From assembly GCA_038207085.1 (NCBI GenBank), contig JBBRAE010000010.1:23661-87660 (forward strand): a DNA stretch of 64,000 nt, written 5' to 3'. This DNA is from Armatimonadota bacterium (GTDB lineage Bacteria > Armatimonadota > UBA5829 > DTLH01). Of the stretch, positions 37,340-47,579 are shown piece after piece (the first letter of the stretch is position 1; the number at the start of each line of letters is the position of its first letter). A model generated the notes under the pieces. That model was not told the origin of the DNA and searched no databases. It worked only from the letters and a program-made list of their open reading frames with translations. Position numbers and translations under genes: made by a program.

Positions 37340-37470
37340 GATTGTGCTCTGCCCCTTTTTATGGTTCCCCCCCGGGCAGACGAGCACAGTCGCCCCGTCG
37401 CCGTCGGCGGGTGTACGGCATTATTATGCACCCAACAGGCCCATCAGTCAAGCAGTAACACCCAGCTTTC

Positions 37471-37687
37471 TAACCCGCATTATTCACGAGTAGCGTGAAT
37501 AATGCTCTGTTAGCGAAAGCTTTATTCGCTTCACGAATAAAGCGGGCTAAGCTATTGACATAGCAACCTCACGCAGGTATAGTAACCCCATAATCAACAT
37601 GCTCTCACCCTAACCCGCATTATTCACGAGTAGTGTGAATAATGCTCTGTTAGCGAAAGCTTTATTCGCTTCACGAATAAAGCGGGC
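37471..37687. repeat. Two direct copies of a 77-bp double-hairpin unit
   Basis: 37471-37547 and 37611-37687 differ at a single base. Confidence 0.95.
37555..37583 (+). promoter_or_regulatory. sigma70 promoter for the glycoside hydrolase operon
   Basis: TTGACA-N17-TATAGT between the two repeat copies. Confidence 0.75.
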
Positions 37688-37707
37688 AAAAGGATGACTC
37701 GACAGCC

Positions 37708-40365
37708 ATGCAAGTAGATAAGCTCACGTGCGAGTATTTGGCAGACCCAACCGGCGTCGAAAACCTTGCTCCCAAACTCAGCTGGACGCTTCTTTCAGAA
37801 AAACGCGGAGATATGCAGACCGCCTGGCAGGTCCAGGCAGCGAGCAGCCCGAATTCACTCGATTCAGGCGAGCCCGACCTCTGGGACAGCGGCCAAATCG
37901 ATAGCGAAAAGTCGCTCGACAGAGCGTATCAGGGCATAGAGCTTGGCTCCGGGAAAAGAGTCTTCTGGCGGGTGCGAGTCTGGGACAAAGACGGCGAGAA
38001 AAGCGCATGGAGCAAACCCGCACATTTTACAATGGGCCTCCTAGACCCTTCGGACTGGAGCGGTGAGTGGGTCGGAGCCGAGATTGGCGAGTCCTCGGAA
38101 GACGCAGCCCCGGCCGTCACGCTTCGCCGTGAGTTCGACGCGCCAAAACAGGTAAAGCGCGCACAGGCCTTTATCTGTGGGCTCGGGTACTATGAGCTCT
38201 ATATCAACGGCCAAAAAGTCGGCGACCACGTGCTAGACCCGGGCTTCACAAACTACGACAAGCGAGCGCTCTACGTCGCTTACGACGTTACCGAGCACAT
38301 CAACGACGGTCAAAACGTCATCGGCGTGACCCTCGGGCGGGGATGGTTTGATATGGCGGTCCCGGACGTCTGGGGTTACGAGGCCGCCCCCTGGCGTTCC
38401 CAGCCGAAGATGATTCTGCAGCTCAACCTCGAATATACCGACGACACGCGCCAGTCCATTGCAAGTGATAAGCTCTGGCGCACCTCAACCGAAGGGCCGA
38501 TACGCTACAACACCCTCCGAGGCGGCGAAACCTACGACGCGCGTATGGAAACCCCGGACTGGAACGTCCCCGGATTTAACGACTCGGGCTGGAGCCGGGC
38601 AATCACTCTCCCCGCACCAAAGGGTAGGCTCGTCTCTCAGAAGTGCCCGCCGATCAAGGTCACCGAGACGATCACCCCAACAAGCGTCACCGAACCCAAA
38701 CCCGGAGTCTATGTGGTTGACCTGGGGCGAAACATTGCCGGCTGGACGCAAATCAGGATCAGGGGCAAGGCCGGAGAGCGCATAAAGCTCGTCTACGGCG
38801 AGCGACTATCCCCCGACGGCACAGTCAATCAAGACGATATCAAATCTCTAACCCGCGGGCGCTTCGCAACCGACGAATACGTTCTACGAGGCGACGGCGA
38901 AGAGACTTGGGAGCCAAGGTTCGCCTACTACGGGTTCCAGTATATCGAGGTTACAGGGCTTTCCTACAAACCCGGCACTGAGGACATCCTCGGGCGGGTA
39001 GTGCACTCAAGCGTCGCCGACACGGGCGAGTTCTCCTGTTCAAACGAGCTCGTGAACCGGCTGCAGCAGGTGTCGAAGTGGACGCAGCTAAATAACCTCC
39101 ACAGCATCCCCCAGGACTGTCCGCACAGGGAGAAAAACGGCTGGATGGCCGACGGTCTCGTCTCAAGCCATGAGGCGATGATGAACTTCGATATGGCCGC
39201 CTTCTACTCCAAGTGGGTCGACGATATGGCCGACACGCTGCTTCCTACCGGTGCGATGGGATCTATCGTCCCAAGCCCCGGCTGGGGAATCGACGGGATG
39301 CCCGGCGAGGACTACACCTGTCCCTGCTGGGGAAGCGCCTGCGTCATTCTGCCCTGGTATCACTACGTCCAGTACGGCGACAGGGAGATACTCGAGCGCA
39401 ACTTCCACATGATGAAGGCCTACACCGACTACCTCGGCACCCGTGCAGAGGGCCACATCGTGGAGTTTGGCCTCGGGGACTGGCTGGAGGAAGGAACATC
39501 AAGCACACCGAAGCGCACCCCCATCCCCTTGACCGGCACGGCGTTTTACTTCTACGACGCGACGGTGCTAAGCCGCACGGCAGAGATTCTCGGGCACGAC
39601 GAGGACGCGGAGCGCTACGCAAGGCTTGCCGCTGACATCAAGCGAGCCTTCAACGCCCGGTTCTTTGACCCAAGCGATGGCAGCTACGGAGCCGACTCCC
39701 AAACCGCAAACGCACTGCCCATCGCCTTTGGAATGGTTCCCGAGGAGCTTGAAGACGTTGTGCTGATGGCGCTTATGAGATCGGTCCGAGAGGAGCGCGA
39801 CGACCACGTAAGCTCGGGAATCGTCGGGACCAAGTTCCTCCTCGACACCCTCGCAGACCACGGGTTAGCCGAGCTCGCTTATGTGATGATAACCCGCGAA
39901 GGGTATCCAGGCTGGGTCCATATGCTCGAAGATGGTGCGACTACGTTTTGGGAAGCCTGGGACAAGGGAGGCTCGCTCGATCACCCCGCGTTTGCCTGCG
40001 TGAGCGGCTGGTTCTACCAAGCGCTCGCCGGCATTCGCCCCGACGAAAACCATCCCGGCTTCAAGAAAACGATCATCAAGCCCCACATAGTCGGCGACCT
40101 CGACTCGGTCAAGGCAAGCTACGATTCCCGCTACGGCAGGATCGCCTGCCAGTGGAAGCTCGACTTTGAAGAGCTGACGGTCGACATTGAAGTGCCCGCC
40201 AGCACCTCGGCGACCCTTTACCTGCCTGCCGGGCTCGGTGCGCAGATCACCGAGTGCGACCGGGCTGTGCTTGAGAGTCCCGGCGTCGTCCACGTGGGCC
40301 GCGACGGCGCTTACCAGGTGTTTTCAGTCGGCTCGGGCGAGTATAGCTTCCGGGTCGGAATATAA
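37708..40365 (+). CDS. Alpha-L-rhamnosidase (GH78)
   Basis: GLGYYEL; GETYDAR; DCPHREKNGW; GATTFWEAW. Confidence 0.93.
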   Translation: MQVDKLTCEYLADPTGVENLAPKLSWTLLSEKRGDMQTAWQVQAASSPNSLDSGEPDLWDSGQIDSEKSLDRAYQGIELGSGKRVFWRVRVWDKDGEKSAWSKPAHFTMGLLDPSDWSGEWVGAEIGESSEDAAPAVTLRREFDAPKQVKRAQAFICGLGYYELYINGQKVGDHVLDPGFTNYDKRALYVAYDVTEHINDGQNVIGVTLGRGWFDMAVPDVWGYEAAPWRSQPKMILQLNLEYTDDTRQSIASDKLWRTSTEGPIRYNTLRGGETYDARMETPDWNVPGFNDSGWSRAITLPAPKGRLVSQKCPPIKVTETITPTSVTEPKPGVYVVDLGRNIAGWTQIRIRGKAGERIKLVYGERLSPDGTVNQDDIKSLTRGRFATDEYVLRGDGEETWEPRFAYYGFQYIEVTGLSYKPGTEDILGRVVHSSVADTGEFSCSNELVNRLQQVSKWTQLNNLHSIPQDCPHREKNGWMADGLVSSHEAMMNFDMAAFYSKWVDDMADTLLPTGAMGSIVPSPGWGIDGMPGEDYTCPCWGSACVILPWYHYVQYGDREILERNFHMMKAYTDYLGTRAEGHIVEFGLGDWLEEGTSSTPKRTPIPLTGTAFYFYDATVLSRTAEILGHDEDAERYARLAADIKRAFNARFFDPSDGSYGADSQTANALPIAFGMVPEELEDVVLMALMRSVREERDDHVSSGIVGTKFLLDTLADHGLAELAYVMITREGYPGWVHMLEDGATTFWEAWDKGGSLDHPAFACVSGWFYQALAGIRPDENHPGFKKTIIKPHIVGDLDSVKASYDSRYGRIACQWKLDFEELTVDIEVPASTSATLYLPAGLGAQITECDRAVLESPGVVHVGRDGAYQVFSVGSGEYSFRVGI

Positions 40366-40392
40366 GTTCCCATAACAGGAGACTACCAGACG

Positions 40393-42360
40393 ATGTTTGA
40401 TCACAGCACGTATCCTAAGCGCAAAAAGCGCGCAGAGAGCTTTCTTGGCATTCATTTCGACTTTCATGCAGGGCACGACTGCACCGAGGTCGGCAAGAGC
40501 GTGACCCGAGAGATGATCGAGGGGATCATCGACAAAGTGCGCCCCGACTACCTGCAGTGTGACTGCAAGGGCCACCCCGGCATTTCGAGCTATCCGACCA
40601 AAGTGGGCAACCCTGCGCCTGGGTTCGTGAAGGACCAGCTTCGGATTTGGCGGGAAGTGACGGCCGAGCGAGGGGTCGGGCTCTTTATGCACTACTCAGG
40701 CGTGTATGACATCGAAGCGGTCACCAAGCACCCGTCCTGGGCGCGAATCGATGAGAAGGGCAAGCGCGACAAACAGAAGACAAGCGTCTTCGGTCCCTAC
40801 GTCGATAAGCTTATGATACCTCAGTTGAAGGAGCTCTGCGACGAGTACGGCGTCGACGGCGTCTGGGTCGACGGAGAAAGCTGGGCAACCGAGCCCGATT
40901 ACGGCAAACGCGCCCGGGAGGCATGGAAAGCGCTGACCGGCAGCGATGAGCTTCCGAAAAGCCCCGAGGACCCACAATACTGGGAGTTTCGTGAGTTCTG
41001 CCGCGAGGGTTTTCGCCGTTACGTACGTCACTACGTCGACGAGATGCACCGGCACAACCCCGGTTTCCAGATCGCGAGCAACTGGGCGTTCACCTCGGAC
41101 ATGCCGGAGCCGGTGAGCGCGGACATCGACTTTATCTCCGGGGACTACCCGCTGCAGGACAGCGTGAACGTCGCGCGTATGGTCGCGCGCTGCATCGCCA
41201 GACAGGGCAAACCCTGGGACCTGATGGCCTGGGCGTTTTCCGGACGATTCCAGTCTGAGAACATTTGGTCCACAAAGACGCCTGTGCAGCTTTGCCAGGA
41301 GGCCTCCGTCGTCCTTGCAATGGGCGGCGGGTTTCAGGCATACTTCACCCAGAAGCACGACGGGGCGATCAGTGAGTGGCAGATGGACCTGATGGCCGAG
41401 ACGGCGAAGTTCTGCCGGGCACGCGAGGAGCTTTGCCACAGGGCAGAAGTTGTCCCGCAGATCGGGCTCGTGCTCTCCACCGCCGGGTACTATCACCACA
41501 AGGCAGGTTCGCTTTTTGCACCGTGGGGCGGTGAGCTTGTTCCAATCTCAGGCGTGCTGAACGCGCTCCTTGACGCTCAGCAGTCCGTTGAGATACTTAT
41601 GGAGCACCAGCTCCAGGGGAGGCTCGCGGAGTATCCGCTGATAGTCATCCCGGAGTGGGATTACCTGGCCCCTGAGTTCGTTCAAGAGCTGAAAGACTAC
41701 GTTTGCGACGGTGGAAACCTGCTGCTCGTCGGCCCCGGGCCTGTCAAGCTATTTGCCGACGAGCTCGATATCACCCTGCAGGGTGAGCCCACGGAGAAGA
41801 AAGCCTGGGTCGAACAAGACGGCTGGCTTGCGGGGATTCTTGCGAACTACCAGGCCACAGAGCTTGGCCCAAAGGCGCAACAGTTCGGCAAGCTCCACGC
41901 CATCAACGACCGCGCGAGCGCATCCGAGCCCGCCGCCGTGATGACCCCCTACGGCAAAGGCAAAGTGGCCGGCGTCTTGGTTGATCTTGGCCGCCGCTAT
42001 CGCACCAGCCGCACTTCGGTCGTTCGGAACTTCCTCTCGGCCATCGCGCGTGAGCTCTGTCCCGAGCCATTGGTCGAAGTCACCGGCTCGCACTTCGTAG
42101 ATGTTGTCCCGACGCGACAAGACGGCAAACTGATGGTGAACTTGATCAACACCGCCGGCCCTCACCACGACCCAAGCGTCTACACCTACGATGAGATTCC
42201 GCCGCTCGGGCCGCTCTCTGTCACAATACGCACCGCAAAGCAACCAAAGAGCGTTACCATTCAGCCTGCGGATGAGAAGCTGGCGTTTAGTTTCCAAGAC
42301 GGCAAGATCAAGCTTACTGTCCAAAGAATCGCTATCCATGAGGTGATTGTCGTTGAGTAG
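40393..42360 (+). CDS. Putative glycoside hydrolase (alpha-L-fucosidase/GH151-like barrel plus a trimerisation-like domain)
   Basis: HFDFH...CKGHPG...GVWVDGE; lies in an operon with GH78. Confidence 0.65.
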   Translation: MFDHSTYPKRKKRAESFLGIHFDFHAGHDCTEVGKSVTREMIEGIIDKVRPDYLQCDCKGHPGISSYPTKVGNPAPGFVKDQLRIWREVTAERGVGLFMHYSGVYDIEAVTKHPSWARIDEKGKRDKQKTSVFGPYVDKLMIPQLKELCDEYGVDGVWVDGESWATEPDYGKRAREAWKALTGSDELPKSPEDPQYWEFREFCREGFRRYVRHYVDEMHRHNPGFQIASNWAFTSDMPEPVSADIDFISGDYPLQDSVNVARMVARCIARQGKPWDLMAWAFSGRFQSENIWSTKTPVQLCQEASVVLAMGGGFQAYFTQKHDGAISEWQMDLMAETAKFCRAREELCHRAEVVPQIGLVLSTAGYYHHKAGSLFAPWGGELVPISGVLNALLDAQQSVEILMEHQLQGRLAEYPLIVIPEWDYLAPEFVQELKDYVCDGGNLLLVGPGPVKLFADELDITLQGEPTEKKAWVEQDGWLAGILANYQATELGPKAQQFGKLHAINDRASASEPAAVMTPYGKGKVAGVLVDLGRRYRTSRTSVVRNFLSAIARELCPEPLVEVTGSHFVDVVPTRQDGKLMVNLINTAGPHHDPSVYTYDEIPPLGPLSVTIRTAKQPKSVTIQPADEKLAFSFQDGKIKLTVQRIAIHEVIVVE

Positions 42361-42379
42361 TAGCAGCGGAGGAATCGTT

Positions 42380-43741
42380 ATGAGCAATAAACGCATCGTT
42401 CAGGTCGGGCTGGGTGGCAGGTCGTCGCTGTATTTCCAGGCGCTTGCACAGGAGTATTCGGCGAATTGCCAGCTCGTCGGCATCTGCGATAAGAACCAGG
42501 GCAGGATCGATCTGGCCGACCAGTGGCTTCGCGAGCACGGGGTGGAGGCAGCCAAATACCTGCACACCGACTTCGAGACGATGATCACCGAGCAGAAGCC
42601 CGACACGGTCATCGTCACCACGATGGACTCAACCCACGACCAGTACATCTGCCGGGCGATGGAGATGGGATGCGACGTCATCACCGAAAAACCCATGACG
42701 ATCGACGCCGAGCGCTGCCAAAGAATAGTCGACACCCAGAAGAAAACGGGCAAGAAGCTCACCGTCACCTTCAACTACAGATATTCTCCCCCAAGAGCCC
42801 AGGTAAAAGATCTCCTGATGTCGGGGGTAATCGGCGACATACTATCGGTCGACTTCCACTGGATGCTAGACACGACCCACGGGGCCGACTACTTCAGGCG
42901 CTGGCACCGGGACAAGGCCAACTCCGGCGGCCTGTTGGTCCACAAGTCGACGCACCACTTTGACCTCATCAACTGGTGGCTTTCGACTGTTCCCGTCCAA
43001 GTCTACGCCCAGGGCAAGCGAAGCTTCTACACGCCTGCGACCGCCGACCGCTACGGCCTCACCCAACGCACCGAGCGCTGCCACACCTGCCCGCACAAGC
43101 CCGACTGCGCCTACGCCCTTGACATGGCAGGAAACGAGGGCCACCGCACGCTTTACCTCGACTGCGAGAAATACGACGGCTACCTGCGCGACAAGTGCGT
43201 ATTCTCACCCGATATGAACATCGAGGACACAATGAACGTCGTAGTTGAGTACGCCTCTGGCGCGACGCTTTCTTACTCCCTTAACGCCTTCATGCCCTGG
43301 GAAGGCTATCACGTAGTATTTAACGGCGCCAAGGGAAGGCTCGAGCACAAGTGCGAGGAGACTGTCTACGTAAACGGCGACGGCACAGTCCCCGGAGCAC
43401 TGAATAAGGAAGGCACGTGGACCCGCATCTACCCCTACTTTGAGCCCGCATACGAGGTCGACATCTGGGAGGCCGAAGGCGGTCACGGTGGAGGCGATGA
43501 GCTGCTTCTGGCCGACGTCTTCCGCCCCGGAAGCGAGCCCGACCCCTATCTGCGCGCAGCCAATCACCGCGCAGGGGCCTACTCGATCATGACCGGGGTC
43601 GCCGCAAACAGATCGATCCAAACCGGCGCACCGGTGCGCGTAGACTCACTAGTCCTGGGCCTTGAGATGCCCGACTACGCTCCGATGCCTTCTCCAAGCG
43701 AGCCGCTTGAGATGCCGATCCGTCCCGAAAAACGCGGATAG
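42380..43741 (+). CDS. Gfo/Idh/MocA oxidoreductase
   Basis: GLGGR; EKPM; HGADYFRRWHR; HKSTHHFD. Confidence 0.92.
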   Translation: MSNKRIVQVGLGGRSSLYFQALAQEYSANCQLVGICDKNQGRIDLADQWLREHGVEAAKYLHTDFETMITEQKPDTVIVTTMDSTHDQYICRAMEMGCDVITEKPMTIDAERCQRIVDTQKKTGKKLTVTFNYRYSPPRAQVKDLLMSGVIGDILSVDFHWMLDTTHGADYFRRWHRDKANSGGLLVHKSTHHFDLINWWLSTVPVQVYAQGKRSFYTPATADRYGLTQRTERCHTCPHKPDCAYALDMAGNEGHRTLYLDCEKYDGYLRDKCVFSPDMNIEDTMNVVVEYASGATLSYSLNAFMPWEGYHVVFNGAKGRLEHKCEETVYVNGDGTVPGALNKEGTWTRIYPYFEPAYEVDIWEAEGGHGGGDELLLADVFRPGSEPDPYLRAANHRAGAYSIMTGVAANRSIQTGAPVRVDSLVLGLEMPDYAPMPSPSEPLEMPIRPEKRG

Positions 43742-43760
43742 CAAGTAGAAGTCGTCACGG

Positions 43761-44522
43761 TCAAGAGTAAGCAGCTAAGAGTCCGGCCTGCCGCGCAAGC
43801 TCCATCCCAGTCTGCAGCCCGAAGCCGAGGTGCTCGGGCTTGTGGGAGTCCGAGCCGATAGCAACACGTCTGCCACCAAGCTCTTTGTAAAGAAGAAGCG
43901 TGTCAAGCGCGGGGTAGGTCTCTGATGGGGCCTGCCGAAGTCCCGAGGTGTTGATCTCAATCAGCATTCCACGGGAGATCACGGACTTTAGAACGGCGGT
44001 CATCTCGCCCGGAAAATCGTCGAGCACAAACGGCCCGAAGTAGCGCGAACCGTGGCGTTTGCAGAGGTCTATGTGGCCAATAGTGTGGAAAAGCCCCGTC
44101 TCTGCGGTAACCTGCATGGCCTCGAAATACGGCAGATAGGCCTCGCGCACGCTCTTGCCGGGGAAGTAGCGCTCGTGGTCCTCCATTATCACGCCATCGA
44201 TATAGTGGGCGCTTCCGAGCACGTAGTCAAACTTATGTGAGGCGAGGTAGTCTTCGATCTCACTGTGATAGCGGGCCTGGTAGTCGACCTCAACCCCGGT
44301 GCGAATAGCAAGTCTCCCGGCGAACTCATCTCGGGCGGCAGCGATCTCTTCGATCCAGCGCTCATAGACAAACGCACCGTAGGACATATCCGTCGGGGTG
44401 AAATCGAGGTGCTCGGTAAAGGTGATATCGCTGATCCCGACTTCCACCGCGCGGGCGCACATCTCCCTGAGTTCGGCGGGAGAGTCGCCAGAGTGTACGG
44501 TGTGGACGTGGCGGTCGATCAC
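43761..44522 (-). CDS. PHP-family histidinol phosphatase (HisJ-like)
   Basis: DRHVHT, TEH, GSAH, EINTSG and GSDSH motifs. Confidence 0.88.
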   Translation of the reverse strand: MIDRHVHTVHSGDSPAELREMCARAVEVGISDITFTEHLDFTPTDMSYGAFVYERWIEEIAAARDEFAGRLAIRTGVEVDYQARYHSEIEDYLASHKFDYVLGSAHYIDGVIMEDHERYFPGKSVREAYLPYFEAMQVTAETGLFHTIGHIDLCKRHGSRYFGPFVLDDFPGEMTAVLKSVISRGMLIEINTSGLRQAPSETYPALDTLLLYKELGGRRVAIGSDSHKPEHLGFGLQTGMELARQAGLLAAYS

Positions 44523-45490
44523 TTCTTTTCAGCGGGCTCGGAATAGACGACCGAGGCGATCACATCCCCAACGATCTTGAGCGACTTCGCACTGCACTTA
44601 TCAGCCGTGTCATCGAGGGTATGCCACGGAGCATAATCGAAGTCGATCACGTCGATGCACTTGATCCCGGCCGCCAGCAGCGGCCAGTGGTCGTCCTGAA
44701 TCGAATAGTCCGCGCGGTCGACAAACACCTTGTCGTGCCCGAGCTTCTTTGCTGCCGACCAGACCTTTGCGACGACCTCTGGAGCGGCAGCGACGGAACG
44801 GCGCTCCTTGGGAATGACCAGATCGCTGTCGCCGACCATATCCAGGAGAATCCCGTAGTCGTAGCTGATCTCGCGTCCCGCCGGGCGGACGGCTGTCTTG
44901 TGGTTTTCGGCAAAGAACTTCGAGCCAAAGAACATGCGGGTGTCGTCGGGGCCGTAGTCTTCGCCGTCAAAGAAAGCCATCACGACGCCGACCTTCGGTT
45001 TCTCCGCCTTGAACGCGCGGGCAAGCTCTAAGAGAACTGCGACGCCTGAGGCTCCGTCGTTTGCGCCGACTATCGGCTTTGCGGCCTTGACTTTGTCGAT
45101 CTCCTGGTCCGCCATCGGGCGGCTGTCCCAGTGGGCTGAGAGCAGAATAAAGTGCTCAGCCTTGGGGTTAAAAACCGCGTAGACGTTGGTGAATCCGAGC
45201 ATTTTGCCGTCGAGCTTCACCCGAAACGGCTGTACGACCACCTCGTCCGCACTACTTTTCAGCTCGGAGCTCATCATCTCGACCATCGCCTTCTGCCCCG
45301 GAGTCCCGGAGTAGCGCGGGCCGATGTCGCACTGCTTCTTGAGTGAGGAGTATGCGCGGTCGCCATCAAACGATGAAGCGCTGCCGAGCTTCTCTCCGCA
45401 CCCCACGGACACAAAAACAACCAGACCCAGCGCAAGAGCGCGACTGAGTCTGGTTCCAAAACTACGCAATTCGAGTCGAGATTTCCGCAA
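44519..45490 (-). CDS. M28 peptidase / glutaminyl cyclase-like lipoprotein
   Basis: Lipobox SVGC; AHWDSR, GANDGASG, DGED, DMVGD, DDH and WHT motifs. Confidence 0.9.
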   Translation of the reverse strand: MRKSRLELRSFGTRLSRALALGLVVFVSVGCGEKLGSASSFDGDRAYSSLKKQCDIGPRYSGTPGQKAMVEMMSSELKSSADEVVVQPFRVKLDGKMLGFTNVYAVFNPKAEHFILLSAHWDSRPMADQEIDKVKAAKPIVGANDGASGVAVLLELARAFKAEKPKVGVVMAFFDGEDYGPDDTRMFFGSKFFAENHKTAVRPAGREISYDYGILLDMVGDSDLVIPKERRSVAAAPEVVAKVWSAAKKLGHDKVFVDRADYSIQDDHWPLLAAGIKCIDVIDFDYAPWHTLDDTADKCSAKSLKIVGDVIASVVYSEPAEKK

Positions 45491-45494
45491 TTAT

Positions 45495-46160
45495 CTACCC
45501 ACCAATTGTAATCCTGCTCTGCGTCGTATAGTCCACCCTGTCGCGCCCGGTGAAGAACGACTCGACGGCCTCCGGAATCGTAATCTGCTGCGCGGGCTCT
45601 TTGATGTCGCCCTTGCTCCAAATCTTCCAGTAGCCGAGAGCTCCGTTTGCGAGGCTCGAAGTCATCGCGACCGAGTAGGTATCGCCGTCCGAGAGGCTTG
45701 CACCGGACTCCGTGCGAACCGATGTCACGCGGCTTTCCTGGGGCTTGCCCGAGTCAAAAGCGAACCGAATCCCCGACACCTGCAGGAACCCGAGGTTCTT
45801 CTGCGGGTAGATCAGCACACCGCGCTCAAGCGCCAGCCTGATCTGCTTGCCGGTCAGGTTCACCCGAACCACAGGGTCGTCCGAGTAAGCGACGTAGGCC
45901 GCAACGTCTGCAGCGGTCACTTTGCCTTTGGCGACTGTGCTGTCGCGATCCTTCAGCTCGCTTGCGCTCACAAACGCGAGGTCCGTGCCAAGCGCCGAGC
46001 GAATGGCGTCAGCCACGAGGTCGCCGAGTGAGACTTCCTGCTTGCCGACCCCAGCCGTCCCGAGCGGGCCTTCGGATGTCACCGATGCGGGAGCCGCAAG
46101 CGCCGCGCACGCCGAAATCGATATTATCAGAGCTATTCCAAGTATAAATGCTTTTTTCAT
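45495..46160 (-). CDS. Secreted protein consisting only of the 5'-nucleotidase C-terminal domain
   Basis: LGDLVADAIR...LTGKQIRLALE...FLQVSGIRF; no metallophosphatase domain. Confidence 0.8.
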   Translation of the reverse strand: MKKAFILGIALIISISACAALAAPASVTSEGPLGTAGVGKQEVSLGDLVADAIRSALGTDLAFVSASELKDRDSTVAKGKVTAADVAAYVAYSDDPVVRVNLTGKQIRLALERGVLIYPQKNLGFLQVSGIRFAFDSGKPQESRVTSVRTESGASLSDGDTYSVAMTSSLANGALGYWKIWSKGDIKEPAQQITIPEAVESFFTGRDRVDYTTQSRITIGG

Positions 46161-46219
46161 TTGTCCCACCACCCTTGGAGACTCGTCCAGAAAGCGTCTC
46201 CAAGGGTATAAGACGCACT

Positions 46220-47333
46220 TTATCTGCCGTTGTCGCCGTCTTTATCCGAAGTTAAATAAGCTCGAATAAAATCGTCGATGTCGCCGTCCATCACTCTATT
46301 TACGTCGCCGGCTTCGTGGCCCGTTCGGTGGTCTTTGACCATCGTGTAGGGCTGGAACACGTAGGAGCGTATCTGACTCCCCCACTCTATCGCGCGAAGG
46401 TCGCCCCGGATCTCAGCCATCCGGGCTTCGTCGTCGGCGCGCTGGAGCTCCATCAGTCGAGACTGAAGCACCTTCATCGCCATATCTCTGTTCCTGAGCT
46501 GTGAGCGCTCATTCTGGCACGTTACGACGATCCCCGTCGGGATGTGCGTGATGCGAATCGCTGTCTCGTTCTTTTGAACGTTCTGACCACCCGCGCCCGC
46601 CGAGCGATACGTGTCGATCTTCAGGTCGTCGGAGTTGATCATCACCTCGTCCACATTCTCGACCTCCGGGATCACATCAAGCGCGGCAAAACTGGTATGC
46701 CTGCGCTTGTTTGCGTCGAACGGCGAGATGCGAACGAGCCTGTGAACCCCCCGTTCGGCCCTCAGATACCCGTAGGCGTTGGCCCCTTGGACAAGCACCG
46801 TCGCCTTTTTGCTCCCGGCCATATCGCCCGGAACGTTGTCGATGATCTCCGTTTGGAAACCCCGGCGCTCGGCCCATCTCAGATACATACGAAGGAGCAT
46901 CTCTGCCCAGTCGCAGGCCTCTGTTCCTCCTGCACCCGCATTGATTTCGAGAATAGCGCTAGCGCTGTCGTGCTCGCCCGAGAGCATCCTGGAGAGCTGG
47001 AAATCCTCGAACACCCGTCTGATATCGGCAAGTTCGGTGTCGATTTCGCGCTCGTCTTCGGCGCTGCCCTCTTCTTCAGTAAGCTCGGCGAGGACTCCGA
47101 GGTCGTCGAGTCGCCTTTTCAGTTCATAATACGGCTCGACTCCGCCTTTCATCTGGTTCAGCTCCTGCAACATGCTCTGCGCCTGCGCGGGATCGTCCCA
47201 GAAGTCGGATGCAGCGGTTCGTGCTTCTAGTTCGTCTATCTTAACCTGGCGCTCGGCCAAGTCAAAGATATCCACCCAGTTCTATCAGTTTGGCCGTAAG
47301 CTGCTCAATTTCTCTTCTTGCATCAGCGATCAA
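46220..47333 (-). CDS. prfB: Peptide chain release factor 2 with a programmed +1 frameshift
   Basis: GGQ and SPF motifs; upstream frame TTG-IADARREIEQLTAKLIELGGYL ends at CTT TGA C (47261-47267) with an internal SD-like GGGTGG. Confidence 0.96.
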
Positions 47334-47579
47334 ACCGTTGATCACCACCTTTTGATTGTAGTCTTACTATTATATACGGAAAGCCGTCACCTGTCAGCTA
47401 CCGATCGCGCCGTGTCTCCAGACGCGGCACGATCAAGATCAAGCCTGGCTCTCACCGGCGAACGCAGCCTTCAGGTTGTCCTCTGTCATCGAATGCATGT
47501 CACTAGATCTTTTCTTAACTGACCATTTACTGCCGAGCTTCTACCCACAAGCTCAACCATTAAACCCCGCCTGCAGAAG

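Noticed and set aside
37471..37687. Possible CRISPR mini-array
   Set aside because: Only two 77-bp units, too long for CRISPR repeats; the spacer is a promoter; no cas genes in the window.
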